Under the pieces are notes generated by a model. It had not been told where the DNA came from, did no database searches, and was given only the letters and a program-made list of their open reading frames with translations. Below are positions 47,335 to 55,920 of a stretch of 64,000 nucleotides of DNA, piece after piece (within the stretch, counting starts at the first letter, position 1; every line of letters starts with the position of its first letter). A program made the position numbers and the translations under genes. Origin of the DNA: Bryobacteraceae bacterium (GTDB lineage: Bacteria; Acidobacteriota; Terriglobia; Bryobacterales; Bryobacteraceae); assembly GCA_037481575.1 (NCBI GenBank), contig JBBFLJ010000014.1:24134-88133 (forward strand), read 5' to 3'.

Positions 47335-50004
47335 ATGAGGAAGTGGATCGCGGTTCTTCTGGCGTGCCTGCCCGCCGCCGCCGGCGACAAGTGGACGGTT
47401 GACGACATCCTGCTGCAAGAACACGTCGGCGGCGTGGAGCTGTCGCGAGACGGACGCATGGGCGTCTATACGAAGTCGAAAATCGACAAGGACAAGGGCG
47501 AGTCGGTCTCGCACATCTGGCTGAAGCGCTTCGGCGAGGAGGGCGCCGTGCAGCTGACGCGCGGCCGCGACAGCGCATCCAGCCCCAAATTCTCTCCCTC
47601 CGGCAAGCTGATCGCGTTTCTCACCAGCCGCCGCGCCCCCCGCGCGGAAGGCGAGGAAGGCGAATCCGGCGGCTCATCCGGCCCCGGCGATCCGCCCCGC
47701 CAGCAGGTCTGGCTCATGCACACCGGAGGCGGAGAGCCATGGCAGCTCACCCGCTTCGAGCGCGGCGTGCGCGCCTTTGATTGGATCTCCGACGACGCCA
47801 TCGCCGTCGCCGCCCCCGAGGACCCCTCCTGGTACGATCAGCGCATCAAAAAACAGAAAGACACCTCCCGCGTCGTCGATGACGAGGAGCACGAGCCGCC
47901 CGTGCGCCTGTTCCGCGTCGACGTGAAGGGTGGCAAGCCGGAGCGCCTGACGTCGAACACGGACCGCATCACCAGCGTCGACGTCTCCCCCGACGGCCAG
48001 TGGGCCCTCACCATCCACAACCGCAGCCTCGCGGAAATCTACAACCAGAAGATCAAGCCCGCCACCATGCTGCATCACCTGCCCACCGGCCGCAGCGTCA
48101 CCCTGTTCGACGACCAGAAACTCTACCCGCGCTCCTTCCATTGGAAACCGGATTCAAAGTCCTTCTACTTCACGGCGCCCTACACCACGCATCCTTATCT
48201 CTTCAACGCGAGCATCACAAAGCTCTATCACTTCCCGATGACTCTCGCCGAGCCGCTCGAGGCAGCCGCAAAGGCGCGCCCCGTGGAGGTGCCCCTCGAT
48301 TGGGAGAACGCCCTCGCCGCCCCGCCCGCAGCTACCGCAGACGGCTTCGTCGCGCTGCTCGCCAACGGCGCGCGCAACCGCGTAGCGCGCTATTACGAGA
48401 GCGGAAATTCCTGGAAGCGCGAGTGGGTGGAGGCGCCCGACGTCCATCAGGTCTGGAGCTCGCCCTTCAGCGGGCGCATCGCATGGATGAAGTCCAACGC
48501 CTCCTCCCCAGCCGTCTACATGACGGCAAGACTGGAAGGCAGCCGCTTCCAGGACGCAGAAGCCTGGATCGAGCCAAACCCCGGTTTCCGCAAGAAGACT
48601 CTTGCACGGACGGAAGTGATCCGCTGGAAGGGCGCCCTCGACGAGGAAATCGAGGGAATTCTCTACTACCCGCACAACTACCAACCGGGCAAAAAATACC
48701 CGCTCGTGGTCATGATCCATGGAGGTCCCCACGGGCATGACCCCGACGCCTTCCGCGAAAGCTGGGCCTATCCCCACCAGCTTTTCGCCCAGAGGGGCGC
48801 CTTCATTCTGAAGCCGAATTATCACGGCTCGTCCAATTACGGGCTCAAATTCGGCGAATCCATTTCCGGCGGCAAATACAATGATCTGGAGTGGATCGAC
48901 GTCGAAAAAGGCGTGGATCATCTCATCGCCAGGGGCTTGGTAGACCCGGAGAAACTTGGCGTGATGGGATGGTCCAACGGATCCATCATCAGCATCGAGC
49001 TTTCGGTGCGAACCGCCCGCTACAAGGCCGTGGGCGCGGGGGCGGGCGATGTGAACTGGACAAGCGACTGGGGCAATGCCGTATTCGGCGATGCTTTCGA
49101 ACAGTATTACCTCGGCAAAACTCCGATGGATGACCCCGATTTTTACGTCAAAAAATCGCCTCTGTTCCAGATGGCGAAAGTGACGAGCCCCACCATTATT
49201 TTCTTCGGCACAGAGGACCGGCAGGTGCCTACCGAGCAGGGATGGCAGCACTACCGGGCCCTGCAGCACTACGGCAAGGCCCCTGTGCGCTTCATCCTTT
49301 TCCCCGGCGAAGCCCACAGTCTGCGCAAATATGTCCATCAGAAGCGCAAGGTGGAGGAGGAACTTGCCTGGTTCGACCGGCACCTCTTCGGCACGGCGCC
49401 GGAGGCCAATCCCTCCCTTCGCCCGGAATCTCCTTTGGCCGCCCTGGAGCGGCTGCGCCGTGCGGGCGAAGTCCCGGAAACGGTGGACCGGGGCGCAATC
49501 TCCGTCGGGCGCTTCGAAGTGACTCGGGCGCAATTTCGCGCCTTCGACCCCTCCTACCCGGTCCCTCCCGGCACCGAGCGGTTCCCCGCCACCGGAGTCT
49601 CCTACGAAAAGGCGCGGCAGTACTGCGAGTGGCTCTCGAAGAAGACCGGGCGCAAATACCGCCTGGGAACGGAAGAAGAACTCGGCGGGCTGCTGAAACG
49701 CAGCAAGGAGGAAAACACGCTGGACTATTGGGCCGGCTACACGGTGAACTTCGACGACGCGGCGCGGCTCGCGCCCCTCGTCGAGAACGCCGGTCCGGGC
49801 GGACTCCTGAAGCCCGTCGGATCCTTCCCCGGCTCGGGCGAGGACCCGCTGTTTGACCTCGGCGGCAACGCTGCAGAGTGGGTCGCCGGGAAGGACAACA
49901 AGCCGAAGGTCATGGGTGGCAGCGCCGACCAGCCCGCCGACGAAAAAGCGCCTGTGACGTCGCGCCCCGACTACATCGGCTTCCGGGTCGTTCTGGAGAA
50001 CTAG
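47335..50004 (+). CDS. S9-family serine peptidase (beta-propeller plus alpha/beta hydrolase) fused to a C-terminal FGE/SUMF1-like domain
   Basis: 889 aa with a signal peptide. Catalytic triad contexts [14 protein letters not shown] and GEAHSL. The last ~170 aa (about 49490-50001) carry FGE-sulfatase-type motifs: [40 protein letters not shown] and IGFRVV. Confidence 0.8.
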   Translation: MRKWIAVLLACLPAAAGDKWTVDDILLQEHVGGVELSRDGRMGVYTKSKIDKDKGESVSHIWLKRFGEEGAVQLTRGRDSASSPKFSPSGKLIAFLTSRRAPRAEGEEGESGGSSGPGDPPRQQVWLMHTGGGEPWQLTRFERGVRAFDWISDDAIAVAAPEDPSWYDQRIKKQKDTSRVVDDEEHEPPVRLFRVDVKGGKPERLTSNTDRITSVDVSPDGQWALTIHNRSLAEIYNQKIKPATMLHHLPTGRSVTLFDDQKLYPRSFHWKPDSKSFYFTAPYTTHPYLFNASITKLYHFPMTLAEPLEAAAKARPVEVPLDWENALAAPPAATADGFVALLANGARNRVARYYESGNSWKREWVEAPDVHQVWSSPFSGRIAWMKSNASSPAVYMTARLEGSRFQDAEAWIEPNPGFRKKTLARTEVIRWKGALDEEIEGILYYPHNYQPGKKYPLVVMIHGGPHGHDPDAFRESWAYPHQLFAQRGAFILKPNYHGSSNYGLKFGESISGGKYNDLEWIDVEKGVDHLIARGLVDPEKLGVMGWSNGSIISIELSVRTARYKAVGAGAGDVNWTSDWGNAVFGDAFEQYYLGKTPMDDPDFYVKKSPLFQMAKVTSPTIIFFGTEDRQVPTEQGWQHYRALQHYGKAPVRFILFPGEAHSLRKYVHQKRKVEEELAWFDRHLFGTAPEANPSLRPESPLAALERLRRAGEVPETVDRGAISVGRFEVTRAQFRAFDPSYPVPPGTERFPATGVSYEKARQYCEWLSKKTGRKYRLGTEEELGGLLKRSKEENTLDYWAGYTVNFDDAARLAPLVENAGPGGLLKPVGSFPGSGEDPLFDLGGNAAEWVAGKDNKPKVMGGSADQPADEKAPVTSRPDYIGFRVVLEN

Positions 50005-50015
50005 CAGCCCGCGGC

Positions 50016-50056
50016 CTGCAGGGTAGCACGCTTTGCAAAATCGTGCTACCCTGCAG
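50016..50056. promoter_or_regulatory. Perfect 15-bp stem-loop ending 2 nt before the TonB-receptor start codon
   Basis: CTGCAGGGTAGCACG (50016-50030), an 11-nt loop CTTTGCAAAAT, then CGTGCTACCCTGCAG (50042-50056). No U-tract follows. It fills most of the 54-nt gap between the peptidase stop and the ATG at 50059. No Shine-Dalgarno sequence is visible outside it. Confidence 0.6.
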
Positions 50057-50058
50057 AC

Positions 50059-52005
50059 ATGCGCCTCCGGAATCTCGCGGTCGCCCGCCTGCTCGTCCTG
50101 TCTCTGCCGTGTCTCGCCGCGGAGATTGTTGTTGTGGATCCTTCCGGAGCGGTGATTCCGAATGCCGTCGTCGAGGTGACAGGCGGCTCAGCGCGTGTTT
50201 CCGCACCCGGCTTCGCCCCGAAGGTCATCGTTCTTCCCCCGGGCGGCGGCGAGGCGCGTGTCACTCTGGAGCCCGCCCCTTTGCGAACCACCGTCGACGT
50301 CGTGGTTCGGGCGGCAGGCGCAGAGGCGGCGCAGACGATCGCCACAACAGCTCTCGAGATCGAAAGCACCGGCGCCCGCACTGTCCTCGATGCGATAGAC
50401 AGGCTGGCGCCCGGCGCGTTTGTCACGCGGCGCGGCATCATGGGCTACGGCATCGCCACCAATGGCACCGGCGCCGTCAATGTCCGCGGCATCGGCGGAT
50501 CGCCCAACACGGGGGTGCTCATCGTGATTGACGGACGCCCGGATTTTCAGGGGCTCATGGGACACCCGCTTCCGGATCTGTACACACTCTCGGATGCTGC
50601 GTCGGTGCGCGTCACCCTCGGCCCGGCGTCCGTGCTGTACGGATCCAACGCCATGGGCGGTGCCGTGGAGATCATCCCCGCCCGGCCAGAGGCTGGATTT
50701 CAGACCCGGCTCACCTCCTCTCTCGGCTCGTGGTGGACCACCCAGCACCGCCTCAACCATGCAGCGAAATTCGTAAAGGGATTTTATTCCCTGAACGCAG
50801 GATATTCTGGCACCTCCGGGGAAAGGCCGTCTTCAGATTTCCGCAATCCGGATGCGGCCTTCACAGCCGGGGGCGATTTTTCCGAACACTGGAGGGGATC
50901 CCTCGAAAGCCGTTACGGCTTCTTTCATGTCGAGGATCCCGGGACGGTCTTCGCACCGCTCCAGGGCAGCTTTGCTCGCGTCGGCAGGGGCGGCTACAGC
51001 CTGAACCTCAACAACGCATATGCCCGCTCGCACGGCTACATTCGCCAGTACGGCGCGTGGGGGCGGCACTTCATCACGGACGGCTTCCGCTCCACGGACT
51101 CCACTCGCGGCGTGCGCGCCATGCAGACCTTCCTCCTGCATCCATCGCTGACTGTGGACGCCGGCGGGGACTTCAACCACTATGGCGGAAAGGCGCGCAA
51201 CGTCAAAACCAGACTGAATTTCGGCGAGCATTTCCTGAAAGAAGGCGCCGGATTTACGCGCGCCCAGTGGCAGGCGTCGCAGCGGGTTTCCCTCGCCGCC
51301 GGATACCGCTATCACCGCCATTCCGTTTACGGAGGACTGTCCGTTCCGGAAGCCAGCGCGACCGTAAGAATCTCTCCCCACGTATCCTGGTCGGCAGCCG
51401 TGAGCCGCGGATTCCGCAATCCGACAATCCGCGAACTCTACCTCTTCCCCGCCCCGAATCCCGCTCTCCAGCCGGAGCGCCTGTGGAATTGGCAATCCAC
51501 GCTCTACCTCCAGCCCCACCGCACATTCACCGCGTGGGCGACCGGCTACTATTCCTCGCTTTCGAACCAGATTCTCACTCTCGGCCGGTTCCCGAACCTG
51601 CGGCTGGAAAATTCCGGGCGCGCCATTCTGCGCGGCGTCGACATCCAGTCCCAGTGGCGCCCTTCGCGCGCGTGGATGCTCGCTGCCGGCACTGGCGTGC
51701 TGCGCTCTAGGCAGATCGCGCCGCTCATCCCGGCCAACAAATTCAACGGCTCGGTGCACTACCAGAACAGAAGATTCACGGCCAGCCTGTCTGCCATGGT
51801 CGTGGGGCGGCGCTATGCGAACGCCGCCCGCACGGCGGCGCTCGGCGGCTATCCGCTGCTCACGTTGCAGGGATCCTGGAAAGCTGGCCGCAGGACGACG
51901 TTCTTCGCTCTCGTCGACAACCTTCTCGATCGCCGCTACGAAATCCTGCCGGGGTACGTAATGCCGGGCGTCAACGCCGCTGGCGGCATGACGCTCCAGT
52001 TTTGA
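50059..52005 (+). CDS. TonB-dependent outer-membrane receptor
   Basis: 648 aa. Signal peptide, carboxypeptidase-regulatory-like N-terminal strand (IVVVDPSGAVIPNAVVEV), plug motifs (VRGIGG...VLIVIDGRP, GPASVLYGSNAMGGAVEII), and a C-terminal aromatic residue (TLQF). Confidence 0.88.
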   Translation: MRLRNLAVARLLVLSLPCLAAEIVVVDPSGAVIPNAVVEVTGGSARVSAPGFAPKVIVLPPGGGEARVTLEPAPLRTTVDVVVRAAGAEAAQTIATTALEIESTGARTVLDAIDRLAPGAFVTRRGIMGYGIATNGTGAVNVRGIGGSPNTGVLIVIDGRPDFQGLMGHPLPDLYTLSDAASVRVTLGPASVLYGSNAMGGAVEIIPARPEAGFQTRLTSSLGSWWTTQHRLNHAAKFVKGFYSLNAGYSGTSGERPSSDFRNPDAAFTAGGDFSEHWRGSLESRYGFFHVEDPGTVFAPLQGSFARVGRGGYSLNLNNAYARSHGYIRQYGAWGRHFITDGFRSTDSTRGVRAMQTFLLHPSLTVDAGGDFNHYGGKARNVKTRLNFGEHFLKEGAGFTRAQWQASQRVSLAAGYRYHRHSVYGGLSVPEASATVRISPHVSWSAAVSRGFRNPTIRELYLFPAPNPALQPERLWNWQSTLYLQPHRTFTAWATGYYSSLSNQILTLGRFPNLRLENSGRAILRGVDIQSQWRPSRAWMLAAGTGVLRSRQIAPLIPANKFNGSVHYQNRRFTASLSAMVVGRRYANAARTAALGGYPLLTLQGSWKAGRRTTFFALVDNLLDRRYEILPGYVMPGVNAAGGMTLQF

Positions 52006-52008
52006 CCC

Positions 52009-52530
52009 ATGCCTCTCCCTGCCGCCACTCTTCGGTCCATGGTGATCAGCGCCGCCATGGGCGCGCTCGCGCTCGCACTCCCCGTGGTGTTTCACGCCGT
52101 GGGGCTCGGTTCGCGCTTCCTGCCCATGCTGCTCCCTTTGCTCGTGAACGGCTATCTGAGCCGCTGGCCGTGGGCTGTCGGCACAGGACTCGTCATTCCC
52201 TGGATCTCCGCCTTCGCCACGGGCATGCCGCCGCTGTATCCTCCCATTGCTGCCATCATGAGCGCCGAGGGCGCGGTGCTCTCGGGCGCAGCGGTGCTCA
52301 CCGCAAGGCTGCCTCTCCTTTTCTCCGTAGCGCTGTCGGTGGCGGCAGGACGGGCCACGGCGCTCGCGGGCGCCTACGCCGCGGCGGCGTGGCTCGACCT
52401 GCCTCCCGGCTTCGCCTCTCTGGCGATTCTGGTCCAGGGGCTGCCGGGCGTTGTGCTTCAATTGGGGGTGACCCCGCTCGCCGTGGCCGCGCTGCGGCGG
52501 CGCAGAGGCCTGCTGCTCGATGAAACGTGA
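52009..52530 (+). CDS. ECF-transporter substrate-capture (S) component-like membrane protein
   Basis: 173 aa with 5-6 hydrophobic helices. The pattern FLPMLLPLLVNGYL....WAVGTGLVIPWIS...TGMP....P.AAIMSAEG resembles the ECF S-component family. Lies 3 nt after the receptor stop. Confidence 0.55.
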   Translation: MPLPAATLRSMVISAAMGALALALPVVFHAVGLGSRFLPMLLPLLVNGYLSRWPWAVGTGLVIPWISAFATGMPPLYPPIAAIMSAEGAVLSGAAVLTARLPLLFSVALSVAAGRATALAGAYAAAAWLDLPPGFASLAILVQGLPGVVLQLGVTPLAVAALRRRRGLLLDET

Positions 52531-53119
52531 ATGGTTCGACCGCCTCGCCCCATCCTGGGACTCGCTCCCGGGACAGCCGGAAACCGCCGCGCGAGTAGAA
52601 ACATTTCTGCGGAAAATTGTCGACTCGCGCTGCCCCCGCATCCTCGATGCCGGCGCGGGCACGGGCGTCCTCGTCGAACCGCTCCTGCGCCTGCCCGAGC
52701 CGCCAGCGCTCATCGTCGAGCTCGACTTCGCGCCCGCCATGCTCGCCGAAAACCGCCGCAAACATGGCGCGCGCCCGCAGGTCCGCATGGTGTGCGGCGA
52801 CATCTGCGCGCCGCCCTTTCCGCCGGCGTTTTTCGATGCAGTCATCGTCTTCAGCGCGCTGCCGCACATCGAGGACAAACGAAGGGCGCTCGAGGCGCTG
52901 CTTGGCGTGCTGCGCCCGGGCGGGCGGCTGGCAGTCGGTCATCTGATGGGCAGCGATGCGCTGAACGCCATGCATGCCGCCATCGGGGGCGCCGTGGCGG
53001 AAGACCGCCTGCCCCCGGCGCGCGAGCTCGCCGCGCTTTGCTCCTCCCTCGGCGCGAAAGTCCTGGCGGCAGAGGAAACGAGCGGCGAATACGCGGTCGT
53101 GGCGGAGAAGCCGGCGTGA
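52520..53119 (+). CDS. Class I SAM-dependent methyltransferase
   Basis: 199 aa. Motif I ILDAGAGTGVL, post-I IVELDFAPAML, and motif III LRPGGRLAV. Overlaps the upstream gene by 11 nt and the downstream gene by 4 nt. Confidence 0.8.
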   Translation: MKREWFDRLAPSWDSLPGQPETAARVETFLRKIVDSRCPRILDAGAGTGVLVEPLLRLPEPPALIVELDFAPAMLAENRRKHGARPQVRMVCGDICAPPFPPAFFDAVIVFSALPHIEDKRRALEALLGVLRPGGRLAVGHLMGSDALNAMHAAIGGAVAEDRLPPARELAALCSSLGAKVLAAEETSGEYAVVAEKPA

Positions 53120-53529
53120 GACTGCCTGCGGCGTGGTCGGGGCTGCTCGTGCTGGCGGCAATTCTGGCGGCTGCGGAATGGCTGGCGGCGCGCCGCCCGC
53201 CGTGGCTCGCCTTGCGGATGCTCGCAGCGGCCGCAGCCGGTCTGGCGCTCGCGCGCATCGTCCCGTGGGGGCGGCTCCTCCTGCGTGCCGCGCGGCGGCC
53301 GTTCTTGCGGAATTCCGCGCTGTATTTTCTGTTTCTGGGACATTTTGTGGGCGTGTTTTTCGAGGAAACGCTCTCGCTTTTTCGGGCATGGAAACTGGCG
53401 GCGCCTAACCGCTGGCGGCGCGTCGCCTGGCGCTCGCTGGCTTTGGCAGCGGCATCCCTGTTCCCGAGGGCGCTGCGGCGCGCGGAGCGGTTCTACGCCT
53501 CTCTGCTCGTGAATGGTCTGGCGCGATGA
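53116..53529 (+). CDS. Short EcfT/CbiQ-like transmembrane component (possibly truncated)
   Basis: 137 aa. The GTG overlaps the methyltransferase stop (GTGA). About 3 hydrophobic helices and an Arg-rich C-terminal amphipathic segment. It is roughly half the usual T-component length, so the assignment rests mainly on its position before the EcfA-like gene. Confidence 0.35.
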   Translation: MRLPAAWSGLLVLAAILAAAEWLAARRPPWLALRMLAAAAAGLALARIVPWGRLLLRAARRPFLRNSALYFLFLGHFVGVFFEETLSLFRAWKLAAPNRWRRVAWRSLALAAASLFPRALRRAERFYASLLVNGLAR

Positions 53530-54191
53530 CAGCGGCGGCGCGGGTCGAGAATCTGGTCTTCCGCTACGGACGCCGGCGGGTGCTCGACGGCGTGTCCCTC
53601 GAAATCGCCCCGGGCGAGAGCGTCGGCCTCGCCGGCCCGAACGGCGCCGGCAAGAGCACCCTGCTCTGGTGCCTGATGGGCCTGCTGCGCCCGCACGGCG
53701 GCCTCGTGGAGGTCTGCACTGCCTTCGGAGCCGTGTTCCAGAATCCCGAGGATCAGCTCTTCCTGCCATCCGTCCTCGAGGACGTCGCGCTGCCGCTCGA
53801 AAACCGCGGAGTCCCCTGCGAAGAGGCGCTGCGCCGGGCAAGGGCGGCTCTGGCAACCTGCGGCCTCGGCCATGCCGAAGACAGACCGGCCCACCAGCTC
53901 AGCGCAGGTGAGCGCAAGCGCGCCGCGCTTGCTGTCGCCTTGGCTCTCGAGCCCGGCCTGCTTCTGCTCGACGAGCCCACCAGCGAATTGGATCCCCGGG
54001 CGTCCCGCCGGCTCGCGGATCATTTGAACCGCCTGCAATGCGCCAGGCTGATCGCCAGCCACGACCTCGCCTTCCTGCGGCGCACCACCACGCGGCTGCT
54101 GATTCTCGATGAAGGCCGCATCGTCGCCAACGGCCCAACCGAAGCGCTGCTCGCCGACGAAGAGCTGCTCGAGCGCCACGGGCTGAAGTGA
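53526..54191 (+). CDS. ECF/cobalt-type ABC transporter ATP-binding protein (EcfA/CbiO-like)
   Basis: 221 aa. Walker A GPNGAGKST, Q-loop VFQNPEDQLF, signature LSAGERKR, and Walker B LLLLDEPTSELD. The ATG overlaps the upstream stop (ATGA). Confidence 0.88.
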   Translation: MTAAARVENLVFRYGRRRVLDGVSLEIAPGESVGLAGPNGAGKSTLLWCLMGLLRPHGGLVEVCTAFGAVFQNPEDQLFLPSVLEDVALPLENRGVPCEEALRRARAALATCGLGHAEDRPAHQLSAGERKRAALAVALALEPGLLLLDEPTSELDPRASRRLADHLNRLQCARLIASHDLAFLRRTTTRLLILDEGRIVANGPTEALLADEELLERHGLK

Positions 54192-54223
54192 GCCCCCCGC
54201 GCTTGCCACAATAAATCGAGCGC

Positions 54224-55903
54224 ATGGGAATCGCCGCCGATTTCGTGCTGATCGTGGTGGCCGGGCTGGCCGGCGCCGTGCTGGCGCGCCTGCTGCGGCT
54301 GCCGCTGCTGGTGGGCTACATCGCGGCGGGCGTGGTCGTGGGCCCGAACACCGCGGGGCCGACCGTGTCGTCGATCCGCGACATCGAGCTGCTGGCCGAA
54401 ATCGGCGTGGCCCTGCTGCTGTTCAGCCTCGGACTGGAAATTTCGATCCGCGACATGCTGGCGGTGCGGCGCATAGCCCTGCTGGGCGGCCCTCTCCAGA
54501 TCCTCGGCTGCGCCGCGCTGGGATGGCTCGCCGGCGAGCGGCTGTTCGGCATGAACAGCTCGGAGGCGGTGTGGTTCGGGGCCATGACCGCGCTCTCCAG
54601 CACGATGGTCGTCGTGAAAATGCTCGACGAGCGCGGCGTGACCCGGACCTTGGCCAGCCGCGTCATGGTCGGGCTGCTAGTCATGCAGGACCTCGCCGTC
54701 ATCCCGATGCTCGTCCTGCTGCCGCAGGCAGGGGCAGGCGGCGCACTGTCTGTGCTGCGCCCGCTGGCGGCTTCGCTCGTGCTGCTCGCGCTGGTGGTCG
54801 TTCTGGGCACCCGGCTTCTGCCTTGGCTCCTGCGGCGCATCCTGCGCTGGGGCTCCCGCGAGATGTTCCTCGTGGCGGTCGTCGCTATCAGCGTGGGCAT
54901 GGGATTCGGCGCCCACTTCGCGGGGCTGAGCTTCGCGCTGGGCGCCTTTATCGCCGGACTCATCCTCAGCGAGAGCGAGTTCAGCCACCAGGCGCTCAGC
55001 GAACTCGCGCCGCTGAGGGACATCTTCGGGCTGATGTTCTTCGTCTCCGTCGGCATGTTGTTCGATCCGCGGACCGTGCTCGACAATCCCTGGAAAATTC
55101 TCGGCGGAATAGCGTTCGTTTCCCTCTCGAAATCCCTCTTTATCGGCTTGCTGGCGCGCTGGTTCGGCTACGTGTATATGGCTCCGTGGATCATCGGGCT
55201 CGGCCTGGCCAACATCGGAGAGTTTTCCTTCGTGCTGGCGCGCACCGGGCTTCGCGGCGGATTTCTCTCAAAAGATGCCTACGATTTCGCGCTCACCTGC
55301 ACCATCCTGTCCATCGCCCTCGCGCCCCCGGTGGCGTCGCTCGCGCTGCCGCTCGGCCGCTGGTGGAGGCGGCGCTTTCCGCCCCGCGGCGCCGCCCGGC
55401 AGTTGGACGTCCCGCGCGAACGGCTGCACGATCACATCCTCGTGGCAGGCTACGGGCGTTCCGGCCGCGCCGTCACGGGAGTGTTGCGGGCGGCAGGACT
55501 GCCCGTGGTGGTCATCGAGCTGAATCACGCCATCTTCAACGATCTGCGCTCGGACGGAATTCCCGCCATCTGGGGAGACGTCACAAGCGAGGAGATCCTC
55601 CGCGCAGCCGGGCTGAAAGACGCCCGTATGCTGATTCTCACCGTCCCCGGCGCCGAAACGGTCAAGCTCGCCGCCGAGCGCGCCCGCCGGATCGCGCCGC
55701 AGGTGCCCGTCATCGCCCGCGCCGCACGGCTGCACGTCCTGGACGAACTCAGGCGCCTCGGAGTCGCCTCCGCAGTGCTGCCGGAATTCGAGGGCGGCAT
55801 GGAGATGGCCCGGCAGGCCATGATCCGCAGCGGCATCGATCCGGCGCGCGCCGAACAGACCATCCTCGAAGTCAAGGAGCGCTACCTCGGCGAGGGGCTT
55901 TGA
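54224..55903 (+). CDS. CPA2-family cation:proton antiporter with a C-terminal RCK/TrkA-N domain (KefB/YbaL-like)
   Basis: 559 aa with about 12 TM helices (GYIAAGVVVGP, an N-terminal motif typical of Kef). A Rossmann-type region VAGYGRSGRAV lies in the soluble C-terminus. Confidence 0.85.
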   Translation: MGIAADFVLIVVAGLAGAVLARLLRLPLLVGYIAAGVVVGPNTAGPTVSSIRDIELLAEIGVALLLFSLGLEISIRDMLAVRRIALLGGPLQILGCAALGWLAGERLFGMNSSEAVWFGAMTALSSTMVVVKMLDERGVTRTLASRVMVGLLVMQDLAVIPMLVLLPQAGAGGALSVLRPLAASLVLLALVVVLGTRLLPWLLRRILRWGSREMFLVAVVAISVGMGFGAHFAGLSFALGAFIAGLILSESEFSHQALSELAPLRDIFGLMFFVSVGMLFDPRTVLDNPWKILGGIAFVSLSKSLFIGLLARWFGYVYMAPWIIGLGLANIGEFSFVLARTGLRGGFLSKDAYDFALTCTILSIALAPPVASLALPLGRWWRRRFPPRGAARQLDVPRERLHDHILVAGYGRSGRAVTGVLRAAGLPVVVIELNHAIFNDLRSDGIPAIWGDVTSEEILRAAGLKDARMLILTVPGAETVKLAAERARRIAPQVPVIARAARLHVLDELRRLGVASAVLPEFEGGMEMARQAMIRSGIDPARAEQTILEVKERYLGEGL

Positions 55904-55920
55904 ATGCGGACGCCCCGCGG

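Noticed and set aside
50005-50058. Cobalamin or other riboswitch upstream of the TonB receptor/ECF operon. The gap at 29450-29533 before the corrinoid operon was also checked
   Set aside because: The intergenic regions are only 54 and 84 nt. That is far too short for a cobalamin riboswitch aptamer plus expression platform, and no B12-box-like sequence was seen.
52531-53115. Upstream part of the 332-aa ORF 52531..53529
   Set aside because: It overlaps the SAM methyltransferase gene out of frame and is Arg/Pro/Ala-rich. Only the hydrophobic part from the GTG at 53116 onward looks like a real protein.
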